A stretch of DNA of 32,466 bases from Cyanophora paradoxa CCMP329 (Eukaryota; Plantae; Glaucophyta): assembly GCA_004431415.1 (NCBI GenBank), contig QPMI01000570.1:1-32466 (forward strand), written 5' to 3'. The position numbers and the translations under genes are program-made. Below the pieces are notes generated by a model, which was not told the DNA's origin, ran no database searches, and was given only the letters and a program-made list of their open reading frames with translations. Shown here in pieces: positions 23,530 to 32,466 of the stretch (positions are counted from its first letter, which is position 1; every line of letters begins with the position of its first letter).

Positions 23530-24831
23530 AGCCGAATTTCGGACAACCGTCTAGCTGCATGCGCCATGCTAGCTGGATGCACGTGCGCACCCAATCGGCA
23601 AATCCGGAGGTGATGCAGCTGCTCCTGCAGATGGGGCATCTGTGGCTCACCTAAACGCAGCTGCAGATCCATGGGGGACAGAATAAAGGGGCGGACCGGG
23701 CAAGCTGTTCGTAGTGCGATTCGCAGGTCGACCACGCTTTGAGGGAGGCCTGCGAGCGAGATTGTGCAGCGTGTCGAGACGGACTGAGCGGTAGGGCGCA
23801 TGGCGGGGCGCGCAGCGTGCAGCGCACCCTACGGGGACGCGAACATCGGCGATGGATTTGCTTCAACGTCCGTCGACTCCGTAGACTTCGGTTTGCAATG
23901 GCGGGCCTGCGGCAACGAGAGTAGACAAAGTACATGAGTGCGTGCGGAACAAGACGAACAGGCCCGATTCAGGCGCGCGGGCACCGAGTCTTCACCATGA
24001 CCGCGCGTCCGATGGCTACAGGTGAGAACGGCCGGGCGACGGCAGATTTTTGTAATATGCCGATCAGCCGCAGAGGAGGCCTGATTAGCACGGGGGGGTA
24101 TCATTAAGGCGGCAAAACTGGCAATAGAAACCGGCTGCGATCCGGCGGCGAAACAGCCGTAGGGAGAGCAGACCCACCTGTTAAATTGGACGGGTACGTG
24201 CGGCCAGGTAGACATGAGCCGCCGATGATCTGCAGATTCGTGCACAGTCGCTGACCTGGCTGTAAGCGCGACGGCGAAGCGCGAGCTCGGCGCCTGCAAT
24301 AAAACTACATGGAAGGATGCGGTGCTACATCTGGTGACCCCCAGGGTGCGGGCTGTCACACGCACGACCGGCGAAAGCGCGCGCCGCTGTCAGAGGAAAA
24401 TTAATTCGGTGCACAAACAGAGTACACGATTGACACGGAAGATCACAAGTTCCCTTCGGAAGTCCCAGTGATGCGGGAGAGCACTTCGCGCGCAGCGCCG
24501 ACTTCCGAACTTGGCACAACGGACAATACGGTGACTGTGTACGTTCATATATGGCTTCCGAATAACAAACATTCACTTATAATAATGCTCAGGATCGAAG
24601 AAGCACGAGAAAGCATCGATAATTCAAATCCATCGCCAAGCCACGTGACGACCTCGGACGACAATTCTGGTGGGTATATACCCTATAAATCAGAAGTCAT
24701 GTGGATATGGTGCACTAAACCAAATTGTCATGTCAGCCCCGCCCCGAATTCTGCAGCGGCGGCTACTTATATAATAAAATATATTTGACATGACAGAAAG
24801 CACCGCAGCCCCCTAATCAACAGTCCTATAG

Positions 24832-25589
24832 CTAGTAGTCTTCAGACGAATCATATCCACATACATGGTCATCGTAGCAGTCCATTTCATTGCAGCAGAG
24901 ACGATTGCAGATTTCGCCGCGGTCCTTGCCGTGTGTAAGGTCCTCTCCTGGCGCTGCTGGTGGTGCATGTCTCTCATTCCTGGCACGAGGATCGCCGTAT
25001 CCCCGATAATGAATGTTCCGCTTCAGAATCCGCCGACAGCGTATAACTGTGTGATTGGGGCAGAAGGTTGTGACAAAGAAGTAATCAAGCGCGCCCATGC
25101 GGGCATGAGCCCATGTTCGATCGGTACAGACATCGCATTTTATCATCTCGCTGCTATGTTCCTCACAGTAGAGGCTGCACAACAAGGGCGTCAGCTCCCG
25201 TCAGATATGTTGGTTTTGTGAGTAGGGTTGCAATTGAACACTTAAACGTCAGATATACACCACGCGAACCTGCCACAATCTTCCGATGAGCAACGGTATA
25301 CCGTATGCTGACGACCGCAAGTACTGGCCATGGAGGGTTCGTGCAAGTCGTCATTGCAGAAAAGAATAGGACAGCCAGTGACGGATGAACACTGAGCAAG
25401 CCGGCACGTTCGTGCGGGTTCGAGCGGGCATGGGCCGTGCATACCGTCGATGGCAGGGCACGGTCCGTACGCATGTGCACACGCGACGGCAATCTCATCC
25501 CCGGAACACGCTGCAGTCGAAGTAGGAGGTGGAACGGCTTCAGCTGACGGCACCATTACTATATGCTGGATCGAAATAACGTACCCCAA
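24832..25589 (-). CDS. Cys/His-rich putative zinc-binding (PHD-like) protein
   Basis: Consecutive ORFs 25242-25589 and 24832-25185 are dense in Cys/His: CSLYCEEH..EMIKCDVCTDRTWAH...FCPNH. Confidence 0.45.
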
Positions 25590-27212
25590 ACGGGTACCCT
25601 AGTCGCTTCATGGCTCAGATCCATACATGACCCAGGCTCCATGCATCTACTTAAGCTTGCCTGCGAGCATGCCGGGCTTGCCGCCCGCTCTTCCTCCGCC
25701 TAGCCCCCGCCCTTGCCCTTTGCCCCCCCTGCCCCGGCCCCCGCCCCCTCCTCCCCCACCGCCGCCGCATCCTCATCGTCCGCGGTCCTTGCCGCGCGGA
25801 TATGAGAATAGCGTACATACACATAGCGGGATGCAGACCTGGATTAATCAGTCGTCGAGTACTACCACATCCAATTTCAAAAGGGCTATATAGTCCCAGG
25901 GGGGCTTGACATATACTTGCACATCGCGCCTTAAAAGCTTGTATAGATAATCACATGATGTGCCATGAGGAGAGTGTACAACTGAAGAGAGGGTACAAAT
26001 TGCATCACGGGAATGGCACAAGTCACGCAGGAGGCAATAAACAAGTACGTGTGTACTGAACTAGCGACCGATAGTTCAAGCAGTTGATATATCTGAAGCG
26101 TAAAGGATGTCAAGTGCGTGGATATGCGAATCACGTAGATACACATAGCCGGGCGCCATTAGAACTGTAGAACCATTAGAAATTTGAAAAACATGCGCAA
26201 CGATCAACACGTACATGATGGGACTCGCACTGAGAGATAGAACTCGACACAGGCGGCATCCAGCAGGTACAGTTTACACCTGCAGCGATACACCAGGTCA
26301 TTAGCATTTAGACCGCATCAGAGCGGACCCGGAAACACGAGCATGCGCACGGAGCAAGAGCACCAGGCGCGCAGAGCGCTCACACGACGACTGAACGGTA
26401 GTAGGACCAGGGCGCAGGCGTCTGGCGGGCAACGATGGCAATGCAAAGAAGTCAGCAGCAGGCCAGCGCATATAACAAGCAGGACAACAGTGGCAGGGCA
26501 GCGCGTACAGCGGTCCGGTCTAGATCCGACAGGCAGCGATGGCCTGAAGTACAAAAGCAAAGGAGGACTTGCGGCCTGAATGCGCCGCACACCGAGAGAG
26601 GCTGGACGCGACCAGGGTGCGGTTGTGAGCGAAGCGGAGCATATAACGAGTCGGGCGCCAAAGACAGGGCGGCACGTACAACGGAACGACGGGAGCTCCA
26701 GCTAGGGCGACACCAGCACGGCCGCCGGGCCAATTCCGAAAAGTGGAACGAGGACGCTAACAACAGCTAAGATGCAGCGGCCGCAATGCCAGGACGTGCG
26801 GCCAGAAGGGTATACGCAACACCACATAACCGGGTACACCAACGCCAAGTAGTCGATCGCGAGCGATCGCGAACGTCCGACGTCGACGTCGACTGCCGAT
26901 CGAGACAAGTCAACTAGGACCCCAAGCAAAGACCCGATCTCGGAGACTTCAAAAATCATGTACCCCCAGAATCTCATAACAATAGTACATAGGTCGCAGA
27001 GCTTTTAACAATGGGCCGTACAATTGCAGACCTTTACAACTCGAAAGTCCGACAGGTACTCCTTAAACGTCATTGGATGGAAGCAGGTACTACTCGATTG
27101 ACGGGTCACGAGTCGGCAGTATAGCCTCTGGTCTCTTCTTCCTTCGGTCAGAATTGAGACCGAGGCTGATACCGTACCCCACAAAGATCTGTTCCCCCGT
27201 GTCTTTGAACTG

Positions 27213-27750
27213 TATATGTGCGCGGCGCGGCGGCGCCGGCCGCGCGGGGCGCCGGCGCGGCGCCCCGGCGCCGGCCGCGGGATCAATATTAAAATTATTC
27301 AATGATTATCGATCCCGCGCGCGCCGGCCCCCGGGCCGGTGCCCCGCCGCGGCCGGCGCCCTACCAGTAGCTATAGGCCTATATATATATACCTCCCCCC
27401 CCCCTCTCCATCCGATGATCCCTCCCCCATCCCTCCCTATATATATATAGCTAGGCCGGCGCCTAGGCCTAGGCCTCCCGGAGTCCAGCCTGGCGATGGC
27501 AGCCGGCAGCCTCCGATGCAGCCTCATCATGCAGGCCTCGCGATCGCGATCGGGCGCCATGCCAGCCGGACCGCCGGCGCCGCCGCGCGCAGCACCCCGG
27601 CCCCGCGGCCGGATGCATATGGCCATATGCATATGCATGGGCCCCCGCGGCCGCGGCCGGCCGCGCGCGGCCCGGCCCGCGCGAGGCCTAGCTATATATA
27701 GGGGGCCGGGGCGGCGCCGGCTGCGGTCCGGATCCGTGCCGCGAGCCTTC
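27213..27750. repeat. Palindrome-rich GC/AT-block segment, possible small insertion
   Basis: Nested short palindromes (ATGCATATGGCCATATGCAT, GCCTAGGCCTAGGC, TCGCGATCGCGA) and TA runs, flanked by AACTG direct repeats (27208-27212, 27751-27755). Confidence 0.45.
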
Positions 27751-27898
27751 AACTGCCAACGTTAGGGGCTGGAGTCGCCTCAAGGCTCTCGATCGCACAT
27801 GTACACTATAGCTAGGCACTGCGAGGCTCGCAATCGCGATCGCGATTCAAAAGATTCAGAAGCGGTCATCTAGCTATAGATCTGTATCGTTACATCAC

Positions 27899-27936
27899 GA
27901 TGCCGAGCGCTCACGGCATCCGGGAAGGGAGACTTT
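27899..27936 (+). other. Candidate Helitron terminal hairpin plus T-run
   Basis: GATGCCG/CGGCATC 7-bp stem around a near-palindromic core, 13 nt spacer, then TTT at the element/host transition. Confidence 0.5.
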
Positions 27937-28269
27937 ACATGCACTGTACAGGGGGGAACGCCCTCAGTTGAACGGTCGCGCGTTCGCGCGGAGGCGTCGT
28001 CACGGCCCTCCTCGGCGGCGGCGGCGCCAGCGATCTGAGGTGGGGCGTTCCGGTTGGGTTCAGTTTCAGTCGGGCGGGCGGAGTGGCTTGGAGGGGTGCA
28101 GCAGGGAGCGGGGGGCGGGGCCTCGCCTTCGGCGGACGCAGAGAGGCCCTGGACGCCACGGGTCCGAAAGGAAAGGAGAAAGGAGGCCCGGCGTCAGGCG
28201 CGAGCAGCGGGGCGGGCGGGCGGCGAGGCGGGGCGGGGCGGCGCGGGGCGAGAGGGGCGGCGGGGGGTA

Positions 28270-28642
28270 CTGACCCAGACGCGGACGGTGTGGTCGTCCG
28301 AAGCCGACGCGAACATGTGCGGGTTCTTGGGGTTCCAGCTCACCTGAGCAGGCGTCGGCCGCGCATGGGACGGGCCGGGGAGGGCGACGCACGGCGTTGA
28401 CGGTGCCGGAGTGGCCCGGGAGGGCTTCGAGCAGGGCCCCGTTCTGCCGGTGCCATATGTACACCTGCGAGTCTGGCGGGAGGCGTCGGCGGGGTGCGCG
28501 GGGGCGCCGGGGCGGTGCCGCCGCGCCGCGCCGCGCCGCGCACCCTCGCTCCCCGAGATGACGAAGGCCTGGCCCGTGCCCCGAAGCAGCTCCGGATGAC
28601 GTAGCGCCCCTCTGCCCGCACGCCGCCGCGCCCCGTCGTGAG

Positions 28643-28675
<33 letters not shown>

Positions 28676-31357
28676 GGACCGGCGCACGCTTCTGCCCGCG
28701 GTACTTCTGGATGAGCTTTCGCTCCTTCAGGTCCCACGCGTGTATCTCCTGGACGTTGGCGTTCGGCCCCGCGTAAGTCTGGCACGCCGCCTGGGGGGGG
28801 GAGGATAGGGGGTCAGGGTCGGGCCCGCCCGGGGCGGGCGGGATCGAATCCGCGCGGCGGCGTTAGCAAAGCAGACGCGCGCCTGGTTGGATATGTTGAC
28901 GAGGAGGTGGCGCGAGTCGCTCGAGAGGCACAGGGACGTCGCCGAGGCGCCCTCCGCGATGCTGCCCCGGCGTCAGCCGCGGGGGAAGGAGGGCCGGTTT
29001 CTGTCTCTCTCTCTCTCCCCCCTGCTTGCCCCCCCCCCGGCCACCCTTCTACCCCCCCCCTCCCCGGGCCTCCCAGAGCTCGCCGCCCCTCTAACCCGTC
29101 CCCCCCCCCCCCCTCCCTTTCTAACCCCGTCTCCCGCCCCCCCCCGCCCCCTAACCCTGTCCCCCTAACCCCTGCCATTCCCCCACCCCCACCCCCCCGG
29201 GCGGCGCAGAAGCCCCCTTCCCCCTCCCTCCCCTCCCCTCCCCCTCTCTCCCTGTGCCCCTCTCTCCCGGCGATGCGGGGCGGCGCACAAGTCTCCCCGG
29301 GGCCCTCCAAGTCGTAGAGGCGTATCTTCTTCTCCGAGCAGATGGCACGATCTGCTTCCCGTCGTGGCTGCCCCCAGCAGGGATCAGAGAGGCGGCGCGG
29401 CGCGGCGCGGGGCGCGGGCGGGGCGCGGGCGGCGCCGGCGCGCCTCACGGCAGGTCGTTGATGCGGGCGCCGGTCCACTTCGAAGCTCGTTCCCGTCGAT
29501 GTCCTGCATGCGGCCCGGCTCGGCTTGGCGTGGGGCGCGCTGGGGCGGGCGCGCTGGGAGGGCGGGCGGGGGGATACCGTCAGGACGAGGAGCTGGTCGA
29601 GCCGCCCGTGACGAAGCGGCGGCTGTCAGGGAGCCACGAGCACGCCGTCACCGAGTCCGTGTGGCTCGAGAAGGTGCGCTTGCACGCCCCGGTCTGCCCG
29701 GCGAGTCGGTCGGCTGGGCGCGGCGCGGCGGCGGCGCGCGGACCCGCGTGTCCACAGCTTGACGGCGAAGTCGTTCCCGCAGGAAAGCAGCATCGTGTCG
29801 TCCGGGCTCCACGAGACGAACGAGAGCGCCTCCTGCCGTCCGGCCGGGCCCGTTCAGAAGAAGCGCGGGGCGCGGGGGCGCGGCGAGGGGCGCGCGGCGC
29901 GCCTGGTGGCCGCGCAGGGTGTGCAGCTGCCGGATCTCGTAGGAAGGCTGCGCCGCCGGGGTCGGCGGGGCCGGCGGCAGGAACGAGCGAGGGGGCGCAC
30001 CGAGTCGAGGTCGACCTCCCACACAATGACGGTCGTGTCCTTCGATGCGGAGGCGAGGTGGCGCCCGTCGTGCGAGAATGTACGAACCACACCTCGTCCG
30101 TGTGCGCCTCCAGCGTCTGCCGCGTCTCACGCGGTATCAAGTCCCTGCGCGCCGCGCCGCGCCCGGTCAGCGGCGGGCGGGCGCGGCGGGTCCCCGGGGC
30201 GCCCGACGCGCCGCGAGCACGTGTGGTCCTCGAAGAGCGACGGCATCTCCTCCCGCGTGTTATGGTACATGCAGGTGCTGATCTGCTGGTTCACGGCCTG
30301 CGCCAGGAGCACCTCGAGGCGATCCTCGGGCAGCAGGAGCGTCGGCGAGATGAACACTGCGCCGCGCGCGTCGGCAGGCGGCGGCGCACGTCACTGGGCG
30401 AGCGCGCGTCACTGGGCGAGCGCGCACTCTGCAGGCTGCGCAGAAGCTGCCTGCGCGACTCGCCCGCGGCGCCGTCCCAGTGCGCCCGCTTGTACAGGTC
30501 GGCGGTGTCCCCGCACATGATGAAGCTGCGGGGCGTGCAAAAGAAATCTGAGGAGCGCAGAAGAAAGAGGGCGCGAAGGGAATTCTTCAGCTAACAACAA
30601 CGCGCCTCGTCAGCGTGTGCAGCCGCTTGGGGTCAGGCCGCGACGTGGCCAGCTCTGTCCGCAGGCACTGCAGGGCCTCCTGCACCTTTCGCTGCTCCAG
30701 GAGCTCGAGGTACTTTTGCTGGTAGATGAGAAAACGAATGGACTGCGACGCGCGCGGAAAGCGGCGCGTCGGTGCAAGCGGGCGGGCGCGGCGGGGACGG
30801 CGCAGCACCTGCAGGTCGTCCTCCGAGTCTACGTGGCAGTTTCCGGCATCAACGTGTCGACCTGCACAGGATACGCGCTCAGCTCGCGCTCCAAGGCGTC
30901 GGCGCAGCGGAGTTCGCGCACCAGCGCCCAGTCACCCTGCAGAATACCATTCCGAAACCTGGCGACGGCGGGGGTTGCAGGAGAATTCAGATTCACTTTC
31001 CAACCGCTCGGCGGATTCACTAGGCGCGGATGAGCGAAGGCGACTGCACGCGAAGAGCAGCGCGCTCGACACAAACGGCGGACCTGTAACCGAGGCTGTG
31101 CAGCTCCTGTATCATGAGACGAACGAGCTCCGTTCTCTTGAATCCATCTTCGTCGTTCCCGCTGCCTCCTTGGCGCTGGGCTTGGCCGACCCATTGCTCG
31201 CCTCGGCCGGCGAAGGTGGCTGGGGACGCTCAGTCCCCATCTCTAATCTCTGCCGCTTCTGTGGCCGATCGTCTTCCAGGGCGCTCGTTCGTGGTAGTCG
31301 GCTGCAAGGGGGGTAGTGGCGGGAAACGTTTCGTGAAACTCGGGCCAGCAATTGCAT
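28270..31357 (-). CDS. WDR26: WD repeat protein 26 / GID7 (CTLH complex subunit), multi-exon host gene
   Basis: LisH ELVRLMIQELHSLGY; CTLH FRNGILQGDW and RFLIYQQKYLELLE; WDGAAGESRRQLL; LLPEDRLEVLLAQA..QISTCMYHN..SLFEDHTC; LEAHTDEVW; LASASKD; YVIRSCFG; DSQVYIWHR..LPGHSGTVNAV; SWNPKNPHMFASASDDHTVRVW. Both ends are approximate. Confidence 0.93.
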
Positions 31358-31406
31358 GCAAGACCCAGCCTAGCTAGCTGAGCTCGGCGAGCGCACCCAC
31401 CGCACC

Positions 31407-32466
31407 ATGCTGCCCACAGAGGTGCTTGCGGTCTGTTTCGGATTTCTGGACGTCGGAGACCGGTGCAGGGCGGGGCGCGTCTGCTCGGCCTGGCGCGCGG
31501 CGTCCCTCGAACCGCCCCTGTCCGCGTCGATCGAGCTAGTGTACGCGAGCTTTGCCTTCGTACGCGCTTGCGCTGATCTCCAGCGCAGTGTCGCGGCGGA
31601 CGTGTGGACGGAGATGTTAGGCTGGCACTGGCTGCGAGGGCCGGCCGGCAGTGGGCCGGGCATCCTTGAACGAGACGCTACCTCCGCTGGAGGCGCGGGC
31701 GCTCGCGGAGCGGTCGTGCAGTCCGTCCTTTCGAGCGCGCCCTCTCCGAGCTGCGGACGGCGCGGCTCACGGTTCTCTTCGCGGCGGAGCCGCGCCCGCC
31801 GCGGCCGGCGGCGGACGATCCACCCGAGTCGGCGGCCCTGGCGCAGGCCCTGGCTGCCGTGCCGCAGCTCACGCGGCTCGAGATCTCTGCGCCCTTCGAG
31901 CCGCCCGGCGCTTTCGCTGAGATCGCCCGCCGCCTGCGGCTCTGCGACACGCTCCCATCGCTTCGCGAACTCCGCCTCCGAAGCGGCGCCCGTCGGCTGG
32001 CTCGGAGGAGGCTCTAGGCTCCCTCAGCTCGTACACCGACGTGCGCGCGCCCCGCCCCGCCCGCCCCGCCCAACTTTGGCGAGGCGGCGGCCGCTGCAGC
32101 TCCCGGCGCACCCGTGCCTTGAGCTCCTGGACTGCCAGCTCGGCGCGGAGGAGTCCGAGCTGGAGGAACTCCCCGCCGCCTCCCCGCCCTCCGCCGCGTC
32201 CGCGGAGATCACCGTACCCGGGTGCGCGCGCCTCACCTGAGCCACCCGAGCCGCCCGAGCCGCCCGAGCCGCCCCCACTCCGGAAGGACGCGGGACCTGC
32301 TCCGCCTCGGCGGGCGCGGGCGTCCGCTTCGCGCGGTGCGAGCTGCTCTCGGCCGACCTGTCGGAGGGCGCGCCGCCTCGGCCGCCCTCGCCGCCTGCTT
32401 CCGCCCCCGGCGCTCCCGCGGGACCCCCCCACCCCGAGGTCCGTTCCGTGGATCCCCCGCCCCGCG
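31407..32466 (+). CDS. F-box (probably LRR-associated) protein, host gene, truncated at window edge
   Basis: N-terminal F-box MLPTEVLAVCFGFLDVGDRCRAGRVCSAWR, with later LRR-like pieces (PCLELLDCQL, VPGCARLT). Confidence 0.75.

Larger units (their letters stand above)
1..27936 (-). mobile_element. Putative giant non-canonical Helitron (Helitron2/Helentron, HLE2-like) with cargo genes; left end lies outside the window
   Basis: Contains a RepHel gene with all core motifs. GC is visibly lower than in the host genes to the right. A hairpin GATGCCG-AGCGCTCA-CGGCATC (27899-27920) followed by TTT (27934-27936) sits at the compositional boundary. RepHel is well supported; the full extent is inferred. 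Confidence 0.55.

Noticed and set aside
1-27936. Endogenous giant virus or Polinton
   Set aside because: No capsid, packaging ATPase, DNA polymerase B or integrase motifs seen. The only recognised DNA-mobility gene is RepHel.
29254-30594. 446-aa plus-strand ORF
   Set aside because: Antisense shadow of GC-rich WDR26; Arg/Ala/Gly-biased with no domain.

Overview
Eukaryotic nuclear DNA with two compositional zones. The right end (about 27,940-32,466) is very GC-rich host sequence with short GC-rich introns: a WDR26/GID7 gene on the minus strand, head-to-head with an F-box gene. That style resembles GC-rich protist/algal genomes such as the glaucophyte Cyanophora, but this is an unverified guess. 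The left ~27.9 kb is mostly lower in GC and is built around an intron-rich non-canonical Helitron (Helitron2/Helentron, HLE2-type) Rep/PIF1-helicase gene on the minus strand (about 12.4-19.0 kb), followed by an OTU-like protease domain. Around it lie a deoxynucleoside kinase, an Exonuclease V (EXO5) gene running off the left edge, an F-box-like gene, a Cys/His-rich gene and two unknown plus-strand genes. A hairpin followed by TTT at 27,899-27,936 coincides with the GC shift and is the candidate element terminus, which suggests a giant cargo-carrying Helitron with virus-like DNA-metabolism genes. Nested in a tandem-repeat zone is a young 4,947-bp gag-only LTR retroelement with identical 437-bp LTRs, an AGAT target-site duplication and two Pol III B-boxes per LTR. 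Many genes, including host WDR26, show 1-nt deletions in short homopolymers, most likely long-read assembly errors. Exon boundaries are therefore approximate. All calls come from reading the sequence; no database searches were run.
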